Shown: positions 23,386 through 35,979 of the stretch, in pieces
Layout: each line of letters opens with the position of its first letter
Position numbering within the stretch: position 1 is the first letter of the stretch
Assembly: GCF_004010195.1 (NCBI RefSeq)
Contig: NC_057719.1
Location: 7,297,932 to 7,361,931, forward strand
From: Chiloscyllium plagiosum
Taxonomy: Eukaryota
DNA: 64,000 nucleotides
Reading direction: 5' to 3'
Position numbers and translations under genes: made by a program
The notes under the pieces: generated by a model
Told to the model about the DNA's origin: nothing
What the model saw: the letters and a program-made list of their open reading frames with translations, nothing else
The model's database searches: none

Positions 23386-26300
23386 TAAATCCTACTGCCT
23401 AGGCATTTGAACTTTCCTTGTCATCAGTTAACAAAATGAACCGGTGTGACCTTGCATGGATGGCAGCATTTATTCTCCTGATACATCTGTGAATACACGA
23501 CTGAGCGATCCCACACAGGTCACTGTTACTCAATAAGATAATAGACCAGGGGGATCTAAGACAGTGGTGATCTGAATGGACTGCTTTGCTGGACTCTGCA
23601 TCACAGCACAAGCAAAGCAGTGCTTTAACCCACCCCAGTCAAACCATTTCTCTAAATTTCAATGCTGGAATAGTTATAGAATCTCTTATATATTCATCCC
23701 TTTTCTTCTGAATGGAAATGACAAAACATGGAAAAGGATCGAGTAAGTCCAAACCCATGATGCACCTAGTTTGACTGTAGCTGGGACTGCGGTCACCCCC
23801 TACCAAAGCGATGGATCCGATTACACACCAGGCCCTTGTTGTGGAGCTCACCGAAATTGTGCGAAAAACTTGAACACAAGATCGAAGGAAAGTTTAACAG
23901 TAAGTTGGCCTGCTCCCTGCCATATTCAAAGACATGATCAGCACCTTGAAAACCTCGGGAAGTGAGCGGATGAAGTCGAGCGCTGTACCACAATGGCAGA
24001 GACCGCGATTGATGCATCCAAAGATCGGATCCAAGCCCTTGAAAAGCAGGTCCGTAATTTAATTGGTCAAGCTGACGATCTCGAGAATAAGGGCAGGAGG
24101 AAAAATGTCCGTTCGTTGGTCTGCCAGAGGGGATGGAAGGCAGTCAGCTCGCTGCCGAGATTCCCCAGCTGAGACATCGAAATGGGGTGGGTGAAAATTG
24201 GGATAGCTCACTGGGTTGTGGCGTGTAGGTCAAATTTGGACCAACGCCCTTGTCCTCTCCTTGTGCAGTTTCACAGCTACAGGGACAGAGAAAGAATTAT
24301 GGAAGCTTCCAAAACCCAGGGGAAAGATCCGAAGGCCTTCGTTCACAAAGGGTCCAGGCTCATGTTTCTTCAGGACTTCTCAGTGATGGTGATCCGGAAA
24401 AGGAAGTCTTTTGATGATATCAAGTAAAGATTAAGGGATCTCGGGATCTAGCAGTGCTTTGGTTTGCTTTCAATGGATCCACACACTCATTTGACTCTCC
24501 AGACAAAGCAAAAACCTTTGTGGACACTTTAAATTAGAGTGGACGATTTAATAGATACAGATAATAGTGTTTTTTCTTTTTAAAGAAAATGTTGTTGGGT
24601 TTATTTCTGGTAGTAACGAGCATTAAATTATACTTGGGGACAGGCAGAGTACTCAATTTTAACTCCTTCATTAACGCTGCTATTTTTTCTCTTTTTGCTT
24701 GTGTCTGTGGTATGGCTCTAGCTCGAAGGAGTTCAGAAGGTGTTTGCAATGGCTAGATGCCTATCTATGGGTGGTTCAAGCCTAGCTTTTTGTATTCAAT
24801 TGCCCTGATTACCATATTGGTAATGGGGCAGAAGGTAAGGTTTTGAGATGTGTAGGTGTTCCCTTTGGGCAGGGGCTAAGATCCCCTATTCAGCACCATT
24901 GCAGTTTTGCATTTGTTTTTTGGTTCTTGTTGTACATAGTTTTTAAAACTTTTGAAGATTTGTTAGTTGTAGGAGTTTTAGTCTGTATAATTTTTATGTT
25001 TTGTGGATTTGCTTTCATCGACATCTGTGATTTGTGATTCAGATTCTTCCTCTCTGGAGTCCAAATGTTGCTACAGATTGTTATGGCTAATTACATGCTT
25101 AAATGGTACACCTGGAACATCAAGGGGAGCCACTCGCCAGTCAAGAGGAAAAAGGTACTTTCCAGTCTTAAAAGGGATATTGCCCTACTGCAGGAGGTGC
25201 ACCCAGATGATAGGGAACATTTGAAGTTACAACAAAGTGGGTTTGATCAGGTTTACTTCTTATCTTTTAATACTAGGAGTAGGGGAGTGTCCACACTTGT
25301 TAGGAAGAACCTCTCATTTATGTTACGGGATTGTATTAAAGACATGTACGGGAGGTTCATAATCCTTAAAGCCACGATATATGGAGGAGAATACAGTATG
25401 TTAAATGGTTGCTGTCCCTTGGCCCACCCCCTTAAATTTCTGGTAGATGCATTTTCTTCAAACTGATGAACCTTATGTCGTGGCACATTATTATTGGGGG
25501 AGATTTCAACTGTTTTATGGATCCTACGGTAGACAGAATGCCCAATGCCCCCCCCCCCCCCAAATACCTTTTTTACAAACCAAACAATTAATGGATTTAT
25601 GTGCAGAACTAGGACTGGTTGATGTCTGGAGGCATCTCCACCCCACAGGCAGGGATTTTACATTCTTCTCCAACACACACAGGTGCCACACCAGGATTGA
25701 TCTCTTTTTAACCCCCGCAGCACTCCTGGATTCAGTGGTGCCCTGTACAATTGGGAATGTTACCATTTCTGATCATGTAGCAGTATACTTTTTAGGTAAA
25801 ATTAAGGATAATATAACAGCTCTGGGACACTGACAAATGGATTCCTTCATTCTTAAGGATAGTAAGTGCATTGAGTATTTCTCCAATGAATTCAGAGCTT
25901 TCCTAGCCATTAATTCAGACTCGGCCAGTAATTCATCCATCCTCTGGGAAACTGCTAAAGCTTATGCCAGCGGGATAATTATTTCCTACTCTTGCCAATA
26001 AGAAGAGACAGAAGGGAGAGCAGCAACGCTTGCTTGAAACATGGTTGAAGGCAGCTGAGGAGGCATACTTTAATAGACCCTTGGAGGCTAAGCTACAGAG
26101 GGTCACAGCACTTCGATCTACACAGAACTCCATGGTCACACAGACAGCCAAGAAGGAGCTCACTTTTGCGAAACAAAGATTGTTTGTGCATGATGATAAA
26201 CCGGGTAAGTACTGAGCATATCTCGCCAGGAAAAAGGGTGCCCCCCCCCCAAGCCATTACCTCAATCAGGGAAGGGACTGGAACCCTTACCTGCGATTCT

Positions 26301-28932
26301 AAAAAGACTAATGCAGCATTTCAGAGGTTTTACTCTGAATTATATCAATCTGAATATTGTGAGGATAGGTGGGTTAGGACGGTGTCTTTCTTCAAGAACC
26401 TGGATCTTCCAGGTGTATACCTGAGCAAGAGTCTTTCCTGAGTGCCCCATTATCAATATGGGAAGTGCAGGAGGCTGTGAAGTAGCTTCAGAGTGGAAAG
26501 AAGCCCGGTCCTGACCGTCTTCCTAGTGAATTTTATAAAGAATCTATACTTTCAGGGTTAACGCTTAACATGTTCAATCACTCGTACAATCACGACTGCC
26601 TCCCACCATCCTGAAGAGAAGCTAACATCTCTCTTATTCTTAAGAAAGGGAAGACCCCAGAGGACTGTGTCTCCTATAGGCCCATATCACTTTTAAATGT
26701 TAATTTCAAAATCCTGTCTACGACCCTTGCACTAGGGCTGGAAACTGTACTGCCTTCCATCATCAAAGAGGACCAGACGTGCTTTATAAAGGGCCGCAGA
26801 TCTTCCAACAATATTAGGAGATTTCTCAACATAATCCAAGTGTGCCAACAACCAGCTGTACAGGGATTAGTGATCTCTCTAGTTGCAGAAAAGGCATTCG
26901 ATTGGGTTGTGTGGCCGTAGATGCGTAAAGGTCCTTTATAGCAACCCTCTGGCCACTGTTCTCACTAATGGTGTGCGATCAAGTAATTTTAGTATCCACA
27001 GGGGCAGTCGACAAGGCTGTGCCCTCTCGCCTTTGCTTTTCACATTGGCAATTGAGCTGCTGGCAGAGGCCATTCATAGTGACCCCAACATATCTGCCCA
27101 GAAGTGGGATTAAAATCACACAAGATTACATTGTGTGTGGATGATGTTCTTATCTTTCTGTCAAACCCAACAGTTTCAGTATCTGATCTGATACAACATA
27201 TTCATTCAGTTGGCGCTTTTTTGGGCTATAAGGTCAATTTTACAAACTCGGAGGCCATGCCTTTGGAGGGTCTCCAAAAAATACTTGACTTCGAGAGCGA
27301 ACCTTGATTTCCTTTTATGTGGTCACAGGGGGGTTTCCTTTATTTAGGTATATTTATCACTCCTGTCTTTGACCAACTATTTAAGGCTAACTTTGCTCAC
27401 TTATTTGACAAAATCAAACAGGCGCTTCCAATATCCTGGTTAGGCCAGATAGCCCTTATTAAAATGAATATCCTCTCTCGCCTATTATACCTGATGCAAA
27501 TGCTTCCTTTGATCTTCCCTCGACAAACATTCAGGAGACTGAATGGCTGATTCAGCTCTTGCATTTTGCACTATAAACGACCCCTTATCAAATTGCAACT
27601 GCCCCACAGACTGGGGAGTGTGGACCTCCCAGATAATAAAAACCACCAATTAAACTCTGCCTTATCTCATGAGTGTGACTGGGGCTGCAGGGATTCTGCT
27701 TCAATATGGTTAGACATTGAAACTTCGCCAGCAAAGTGCCCTCTCCTTAGTCTGCTGTTCCTAGATAAAATGAAGACAGTTAAGAAATATTGCCATAATC
27801 CAATAATTACCAATACCATTAAAGCATGGAGGGCAATGTGACAGAGCGAGGGCAACATAGCCAAAACATCATTTCTTACCCGTATAATCGGCATACTGAG
27901 TTTCCAACCAGGTATAATGGATTCTGGGTTTACACCCTGGGCAGCTAGGGGCTCATTCTAGGGAAGGTGGGACTTGTACAAACAGGACGGTCTTCGCTTG
28001 AACCAGGAGGGTACTAATATCCTGGGTGGGAAATTTGCTGGTGCTATTCGGGTGGGTTTAAACTAGTTCAGCAGGGGGGATGGGAACTGGAGGTGTAATT
28101 GCAGTGCACAGGAGGATGAGAGTAGGGAGGACAGGGACAGGATTTCAGGGTCACAGGAATGTGCCGGCAGACAGCAAACTGGTTTGAAGTGTGTTTACTT
28201 CAACGCCAGAAGCATGCAAAATAAGGTGGTGAGCTTGCAGCATGGATAGATACCTGGGACTTCGATGTTGTGGCCATTTCAGAGACATGGATAGAGCAGG
28301 GTGAGGAATGGATGTTGCAGGTTCCAGGGTTTAGGTCTTTCATTAAAAACAGGCAAGGCAGTAAAAGAGGGGGAGGCGTGGCCTTGTTAGTCAAAGATAG
28401 TATAACGGTGGCTGAGAGAATTTTTGATGAGGTAGTGTGGGCTGAGGTTAGAAACAGGAGAGGAGAGGTCACACTGCTTGGAGTTTTTTTTATAGGCCTC
28501 CGCAGAGTTCCAGGGAGGTGGAAGAGAGGATTAGCAAAATATTCTAAGTTGGAGTGAAAGGAACAGGGTGGTCATTATGGGGGACTTTAACTTCCCCAAC
28601 ATTGACTGGAAATGTTATAGCTCTAGTACGTCGGATGCATCAGTTTTTATCCAATGTGTACAGGAGGGTTTCCTGACACAGTATGTCGAAGGGCTGACAA
28701 GAGGGGAGGCCACACTGGACCTGGTGCTTGGTAATGAACTAGGCCAGGTGTTTGATTTAGTTGTAGGTGAACACTTTGGAGAGAGTGACCATAATTCAGT
28801 TACGTTTAGTTTAGCGATGGAAAGGGATAGGTACATGCCACAGGTCAAGAGTTATCGATGGAGCAAGGGCAATTATAATGCAATTAGGCAAGAATTAGGA
28901 TGCATAGAATGGGGTAGCAAAATGCAGGGGAT

Positions 28933-29108
28933 NNNNNNNNNNNNNNNNNNNNNNNNNNNNNNNNNNNNNNNNNNNNNNNNNNNNNNNNNNNNNNNNNNNN
29001 NNNNNNNNNNNNNNNNNNNNNNNNNNNNNNNNNNNNNNNNNNNNNNNNNNNNNNNNNNNNNNNNNNNNNNNNNNNNNNNNNNNNNNNNNNNNNNNNNNNN
29101 NNNNNNNN
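28933..29108. other. Assembly gap (N)
   Basis: Run of N. Confidence 1.
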
Positions 29109-29445
29109 TGGAGTCCATGTGCATAGATCCCTGAAAGTTGCCACCTAGGTGGATAGTGCTATTAAGAAGGCATACAGTGTGTTAGGTTTCATTGGTAGAG
29201 GGATTGAGTTCCAGAGCCACAATATCATGCTGCAACTATACAAAACGCTGGTGCGGCCACACTTGGAATATTGTGTACAGTTCTGGTCGCCCCATTACAG
29301 AAAGGATGTGGAAGCATTGGAAAAGGTGCAGAGGAGATTTACCAGGATGTTGCCTAGTCTGGAGGGAAGGTCTTATGAGAAAAGGCTGAAAGACTTGGGT
29401 CTGTTCTCATTGGAAAGAAGAAGGCAAAGGGGGGATTTGATAGAG

Positions 29446-29539
29446 TTGAAACTTTATTGCTGGAACAGCACAGCAGGTCAGGCAGCATCCAGGGAACAGG
29501 AGATTCGACGTTTCGGGCACAGGCCCTTCTTCAGGAATC
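29446..29539 (-). mobile_element. 94-bp Penelope family B mini-insert with 11-bp TSD
   Basis: TSD ATTTGATAGAG at 29435-29445 and 29540-29550. Confidence 0.88.
29503..29538 (-). ncRNA. Minimal type-I hammerhead ribozyme motif, best-preserved copy
   Basis: Minus strand ATTC-CTGAAGA-A-GGGC-CTGT-GCCC-GAAA-CG-TC-GAAT: perfect 4-bp stem I, 4-bp stem II, intact core, GUC triplet. Confidence 0.8.
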
Positions 29540-30740
29540 ATTTGATAGAGACATACAAGATGATCAGAGGATTAGATAGGGTAGATAGTGAAAGTCTTTT
29601 TTTTAGGATGATGACGTCAGCTTGTACGAGAGGGCATAACTACAAATTGAGGGGTGATAGATTTAAGGCAGATGTCAGAGGCAGGTTCTTTACACAGAGA
29701 GTGGTAAGGGCGTAGAATGCCCTACCTGCTAATGTAATCAACACAGCCACATTTAGGGAGATTTAAACGATCCTTAGATAACCGCAGTAGGGGGACGAGC
29801 TGAGAATAATTCACAACATCAAGGGCCAAAGGGCCTGTTCTGCGCTGTATTGTTCTATGTTCTATGTTCTACACTTCTAACCAATCCTTATAGATCTGAC
29901 ACAGAGAAGAGGGTATTTAGCGCTAAGAACACACTTTCTGTCAGTACTGTTTATCACATGTTGGGGGGTGGCCCTTCAGACGAGGTCATGTGGCTTTGTA
30001 AGGTCTGGGGGAGAGAGCTGGGAGTTGAGATCTCTTCTGAGACATGGGAGGATATTTTGGAAAATGCAAGAAAGGTTTCTACTTGTAACAGGACCCATGT
30101 CCTACAGTTGAAGATTCTCCACAGGGCCCATCTGGCCCCAGATCACCTCTCAAATTTCAAAATGGGAGTATCCTCGACATGTCCCAAATGCAAAACGAGT
30201 ATGGACTCTCTCACTCATTGCCTTTGGTCCTGCTGCAGGGTCCTGCTCCAGACATACTGGAGCGCTGTGGTAAGTGCAATAGGGAGGATGCTGGATTTGG
30301 AGATGCTCAGTGGGCCTGCTCAGTGTACTTCCTTTAGACGCACATAGGAAAAAAAAATTCAATATCCTACTTGTTGTGCAAGGAAAAACATTTTGCTATG
30401 TTGGGTGTCTGAAACCCCGCCCCAGGTCTGCCAGGTTGGTGTAAGTAAGTCGTGGAGCATATCCCTTTGGATTTTCTTACAAGTATGGTACACCAAAAAA
30501 CTGAGAATTTTTATAAGATATGGTAGTCCTTTTTGGATTACCTGGACACAGATTTATTTGCCACGCTAATAAGGGCTTTTATATAGCCATGACGGTTATG
30601 TCTAGAGAATCTAAGATCGTGACAGGAAGAATTATAAATATATAAATATGTGCAAGTTCGTGCTCTTGATGGTTGAGAGCTATTGTTTTGTCATGCTGAG
30701 CGATATTATTTATTAGTTATTGATGTATCTCATTGTTTCC

Positions 30741-30809
30741 ATATATATATATTATATATATATATATATTATATATATATATATATATAAAATATATATA
30801 TATATATAT
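30741..30809. repeat. (TA)n microsatellite in L1 3' UTR
   Basis: ATATAT run. Confidence 0.95.
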
Positions 30810-30868
30810 GAACTTGAATGTAAATTCTGTTCTTCTTGTATTGTTGTAATTTGCATTGTGTTTGGTTT

Positions 30869-31592
30869 TGTTACAAAATGGGGTAAACCACCCCCCCCCC
30901 CATGCTAATTTAAACCAGTAACACAGAAATGATTTATCCTATGTGGTAATCCGTGAAAACCCAAGAGGCCAAGAAGTATTTAAAGTAACAATTAACAATT
31001 TTATTTCTTAAAGTATAACAGAGAATAATTAACTAACTAACAACTATTTACAGCTCCTTCCTCTAACCTATCTTTTACTTTCCCTTCTATAATACTAGTC
31101 CGATCAAATCCGAGTAAGATTTACCAAAAACTTAAGTTTCAAAACCAGGCAGCTGTCGAATCTTCCCTTTGTATCTTCCTCTGTAGATTTTCTTCTTCTT
31201 AGGGATTTCTGTTTCACAGGTCATTTACCAATAAAGGTACCTTTAAGAAAGTTGTGTATTGGGCATTTGGTACATTCTGGTTGCTTGGCAGTTCTCCTCC
31301 AACTGTTCATTTTTTTCCAGTTTTCTACCACAAAGCATTGACCATTTCATTGGCTTTTAATATTGTCAAAATACTAAATTCAAACTTGATTGGAGTTTGG
31401 TATTTTGGGGCATAATTTAAATTGATTGGCCAAATTTGAATTTGTTTTGTCATCTCCAGGCAACCCAGCTAATCTGGCTGTTTGACCAAATGTTACATTG
31501 TTACCTTATTCAGAACACTTGCTGCTGTGACAGGTAGTTATGCTAGCTTTTAACTCTCTTAAAGGTACAGTACCCCCTACACCTTCATAGCA
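30869..31592 (-). repeat. 3' LTR of the Gmr1-like element (TG...CA) with adjacent polypurine tract
   Basis: Starts TGTTAC and ends CATAGCA; next to it lies CCTTCCCC (GGGGAAGG on minus, PPT); 31145-31592 is duplicated at 35500-35915. Confidence 0.85.
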
Positions 31593-32038
31593 CCTTCCCC
31601 ATTAAGAGAAAATGAAAAGAATGCTTCATTTTTTTTCTCTATTCTTTAAACGCATTACCATAACATACAGATAACTTTCATCTAAGTTCACATTAATGTC
31701 TTCCCATGTACATTGGATAGATGCATCTTGTCTATATTTTATCAGTTAAAACCACAATAACGCATCTGCGATTACATTCTTACGACCCGCTACAATTTTT
31801 AAATTAAAAGTCTGTAACATAAGACTTCAACAAAATAGTCTCATATTCTTGTCTTTAAAACGTTCTAAGAATGTAAGAGGATTGTGATCAGTGTATACAA
31901 CTGTCTCCGACACATTGTTGTGATATACACATTAAAATGTTGTAAGGCCAGTACCAAACTTAATAGTTCTTTGTCGATTGTGGAATATTTTTTCTGGTGG
32001 ATGTTGAGTTTCTTCAAAAAGTAACCAACTGGCAGTTC

Positions 32039-32176
32039 AATCCCATCCTCATCTTCCTGTAGCAATACAGCTCCAACTTCTATATCACTAGCATTGATGG
32101 TAACCTTAATCCCATCCTCATCTTCCTGTAGCAATACAGCTCCAACTTCTATATCACTAGCATTGATGGTAACCTT
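32039..32176. repeat. Perfect 69-bp tandem duplication in RNase H
   Basis: 32039-32107 is identical to 32108-32176 (KVTINASDIEVGAVLLQEDEDGI x2). Confidence 0.95.
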
Positions 32177-34619
32177 TGAAAAGTTTAGTGTAACTAAAAC
32201 TGGTTTGGTGGTTAATATTGCTTTCAAATGATTGAATGCCTCCTGGCTTTGTTCTGTCCACCAAAACTTTGTGTTATACTTCAGCAAATCGGTTAACAGT
32301 GCCATTACACTGCTGAAGTTTGGAAAGAACTTCCAATCAAATCCGCTGAGTCCTAAGAATCGAAGCACATCTTTTTTTGAGGTTGGTCGTGGAAATTATT
32401 CAATGGCCTTCGTCTTTGTGTTCCATGAGGTCAACCTTCCATGACCAATGTTATCTCCTAAGAACGTCACCTCTGTTTTCACAAATTCAGTTTTATTTAA
32501 GTTTGTCACCAGTTTTGTTTCTCATAGTTGTTCAAAGAGCTCTGCCAACTATACCATGTGATCTTTCCAGGACTTACTAAAGATCACTACATCATCCAAA
32601 CAGACTGTGCAGTTTGTTAACCCAGCCACAACTCTGTTCATGAGTCTTTGGAATGTGGCGGGTGCGTTCTTCATTCCAAAGGACATCAGTTTAAACTAAT
32701 ATTGCCCACAGGGGATTACAAATGCAGGAATTTCTTTCACCGTCTCTGATAAAGGTACCTGCCAGTAACCACGCATTAAGTCCAACTTGGTGATGTAACT
32801 GGCTTGTCCGACTTTCTCAATACAGTCCTCCAATCTAGTAATTGGATATGAGTTTGATTTTGTAACAGTATTGACCTTCCGATAATCCACGCAGAATAGT
32901 TGAGTTCCATCTGGTTTGGGAAAGAAGCTGATCGGCGAACTCCACTCACTCTGGCTTGGTTTGATGATGTCCTCATTGAGCATGGCCTCCACCTCCATTT
33001 GGACCTGTCTGGCTTTGAAAGGATTAAGCCGATAGGGGTGTTGTTTTATTGGAGCAGTATTTCCTACGTCTACTTCTTGTGTTATAGCATTAGTCCTCCC
33101 CATCTGATTCTTCCACATGTCCTTATACTGCAGTAACAAATCTTTCAACTGCGTTCTATGTTCCTGAGACAGATAGCTTACTAACCTATTCCACTCCTCA
33201 AGGACTTCTTCATTTTTTAATCTATTTTGAGGCACATCAAAATCTACATCACCTGGATTTGATTCCTTATTCTGTGGGACAGTAACTAACACCTGTTTCT
33301 CCAGTTCTTTCTCTCAAGTTTAATACGGTTTCAACATGTTTACATGACATACCCAATACCTTTTTTTGCTATCTGGCATCTTTACTAAATAGTTCACCTG
33401 ACTCAACTTTTTCTCAATTGAAAAAGTAAACCTGGTTTTGAAGGCATCTCCGATCATTGGTAACAGTACTAACATGTTATCCTCTTGGAAAAACTTCTGA
33501 CTCTCAGAGTTTTTATCTGCCACCTGCTTCATTCTATACTGTACCCTCTTTAGGTGCTGTTTAGCTAACTCACCTGCTCAATTTAATCTCTCCCTCACCT
33601 CTGATACATAATCTAAGTATGAGATCTCCGACTTCGGTCCTGTCAATTTTTCTTTAATTAATTTCAAAGGGCATCTCACTTCATGCCCGAATATTAACTC
33701 AAAGGGAATAACCTGAGTAGATTCGTTTGGGGCATCTGAAATGGCAAACAATGTGAATGGGGTGCCTTTATCCCAATCAGTCGGGTAATCCTGACAGCAT
33801 GCTCTCAACATTGTTTTCAAGGTCTGATGCTACCTCTCTAAAGGGCCCTGGGATTCAGGTTGATTTAATGTGCTGTATACCTAAGCTACCCATAATCTCC
33901 TTAAACAGCCTAGCAGTAAAATTTGACCCTTGTTCTGACTGAATCTCACTGGGTAGCCCATACTGCATGAAGAAAGCTATTAACTCCTCTACTACCTTCT
34001 TTTTTGCCTTGATACCCTGTAATGGAATTGCCTTCGGAAATCTAGTAGACACATCCATTGTGGTTAACAAGTACTGGTTCCCACTTTTAGTTCTCAGGAG
34101 GGGACCTACACAATCAATTATAACCCACATGAAAGGTTCTTCAAATGTGGGAATTGGCAACAAAGGTGCTGGTTTTATTACCGCCTGTGGCTTACCTACC
34201 ATTTGGCATGTATGACACATTTGGCAGAATTTAACCATATCCTTGTACATTCCACGCCGATAAAAATGTTTTTGTACCTTAGCCTGAATCTTTCGTAGCC
34301 CTAGGTGAACTCCTAAGATAGTTCATGTACTACCCGTAACATTTCCTGTCTGTATGCTACCAGCAACACAAACTGGTGCACTGCGGTCCATTTCTCCTCT
34401 GCACTAACCTGCCGTTGTCTCCATTTCCATCTTAGGATTCTGTCTTTCAAATAATAACCCTCCAGAATATTCTCTGCTTCATTTTCAGAGTACACATCCA
34501 CATATATATCTTTAATCATCTTGTTTTGCTGTTGCAAGTCTCTTATCCTTTCAGGACTAAACACTTCTGTCTGACTCTCTGCCTGTTCAGGTTTTTCCTG
34601 CACCATTATGTCAAACAGG

Positions 34620-34710
34620 ATTAAAAATCACACAACACCAGGTTATAGTCCAACAGGTTTAATTGGAAGCACACTAGCTTTTGGAGTGACGCTCCTTCAT
34701 CAGGTGATGA
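34620..34710 (-). mobile_element. Penelope family C mini-insert in the Gypsy element; hammerhead with GAAA changed to AAAA
   Basis: Near-identical to 8826-8911; possible TSD GTCAAACAG at 34610-34618 and 34726-34734. Confidence 0.8.
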
Positions 34711-35104
34711 AGGTGACTTCTCCAAGTCAAACAGCATGTCTGCTAACTGAACCTCATTTCCTTCATCTTTCTCTTTACTTGTCTCTTCGTGCTATGACTT
34801 ATGGTAGTGGGATCTGGTGACTACACAATCTGGGAAAATACCAGTATATTTCTGTTTTAACTCTTCAGTTTCTTGGTCTTCCTTGGCTTCTCCACAATAA
34901 GGGGTGTCACTCACACCTTGGATCCTGCCAAATCATTTCTAAGAACAAACTAAATTCCTGGAACTGACAGTCTGTCAATCACTCCCAATGTAACTTCCCC
35001 AGTCTTGAGCTGGCACTCCAACCTGATCTTACATAGGGGAATGCTAAATTTCAGTCCATTTATCCCACAAATTACCACACTGTTGGGTAACAGATCAGAA
35101 AGAG

Positions 35105-35499
35105 TTTTGGATGTAGGTTTGCTCGCTGAGCTGCAAGGTTCATTTCCAGATGTTTTGTTACCCTACGAGGTAACATCATCAGTGGGCCTCAGGCAAAGCA
35201 ATGCTGAAAATTCCTGCTTTCTGTTTGGGTTGATGATGTCATTTCCTGTGGTGATGTTATTTTCTGTGGTGAAGTCACTTCCTGTTCCTATTCTCAGGGG
35301 ATGGTAGATGGGATTTAACTCGATGTGTTTGTTGATAGATTTCTGGTTGTGACTAGCCACAAAAAGACATGACCCTCTCTCACTAGCATCCTCACATATG
35401 GATGTGGAAGGACACCACTTCGACTGGGACAACACATCCATCCTAGGACAAGCCAAACAAAGACGCGCATGAGAATTCCTAGACGCATGGCATTCCAAC
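35105..35499. mobile_element. Penelope family A fold-back fragment at the site of the Gypsy gag/LTR deletion
   Basis: Minus part homologous to 17331-17590, plus part homologous to 17850-17980. Confidence 0.8.
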
Positions 35500-35915
35500 C
35501 CAGGCAGCTGTCAAAATCTTCCCTTTGTCTCTTCCTCTGTAGATTTTCTTCTTCTTAGGGATTTCTGTTTCACAGGTTATTTACCAATAAAGGTACCTTT
35601 AAGAGAGCAGTCGGTACATGCTTAGTGGCTTAGCAGTTCTCCTCCAGCTGTTCAAATATTTTCCAGTTTTATATTCCATTGGTGTTAACATTGTCAAAAT
35701 ACTAAATTCAAACTTGATTGGAGTTTGGTATTTTGGGGCATAATTTAAACTGATCGGCCAAATTTGAATGTGTCATCTCCAGGCAACCCAGCTAATCTAG
35801 CTGTTCATCCAAATGTTACATTGTTATCATATTCAGAACATTTGGTGCTGTGACAGGCAGTTCTGCTAGTTTTTAACTCTTTTAAGGATACAGTACTCCT
35901 TACACCTTCATTACA
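35500..35915 (-). repeat. Partial 5' LTR of the Gmr1-like element
   Basis: Direct repeat of 31145-31592 ending CTTCATTACA. Confidence 0.85.
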
Positions 35916-35979
35916 TTTGTATTGTGTTTGGTTTAATGTAATAAAAAAAGCTCTTTAAATGAAAATATTTAAAGAAAAC

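Larger units (their letters stand above)
27953..29872 (+). mobile_element. Long CR1 nested in L1 ORF2 (ORF1 end, APE domain, gap, RT end, 3' tail)
   Basis: DGLRLNQEG (ORF1 esterase end), AISETW, GGGVALLVK, MGDFNFPNIDW, SDHN, LEYCVQFWSP; (TGTTCTA)n tail. Confidence 0.92.
30869..35915 (-). mobile_element. Ty3/gypsy LTR retrotransposon of Gmr1 type (INT-RT-RH order), gag deleted, decayed
   Basis: Minus-strand order: integrase (CHTCQMVGKP..IDCVGPL..YLLTTMDVSTRF, ~33580-34250), RT (PIKQHPYR, SEWSSP, FCVDYRKVN, KLDLMRGYWQ, CLDD at ~32591-32602), RNase H (NASDIEVGAVLLQ, YSTIDKELL); LTR copies at both ends. Confidence 0.88.
23549..35979 (+). mobile_element. Full-length decayed L1-clade LINE, interrupted by a CR1 (27953-29872) and a Gypsy element (30869-35915)
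   Basis: ORF1 ~23718-24536 (LENKGRRKNV; DRERIMEASK..LMFLQDFS); ORF2 from 25083 with APE (WNIKG, ALLQEVH, RIDLFL, ISDH), RT (RGSRQGCALSPLLF, CVDD, YLGI) and CCHC (CPKC..SLTHCLWSC); A-rich tail ~35940-35979; TSD ATAAGATAATAGACCA (23533-23548) / ATAAGATAACAGCCCA (35980-35995). Confidence 0.88.

Noticed and set aside
29149..29715. Apparent CR1-Penelope fusion ORF (also 58947-59321)
   Set aside because: The inserts plus TSD add 105 and 204 nt, multiples of three, so read-through is plausibly chance; the host CR1 copies are disrupted elsewhere.
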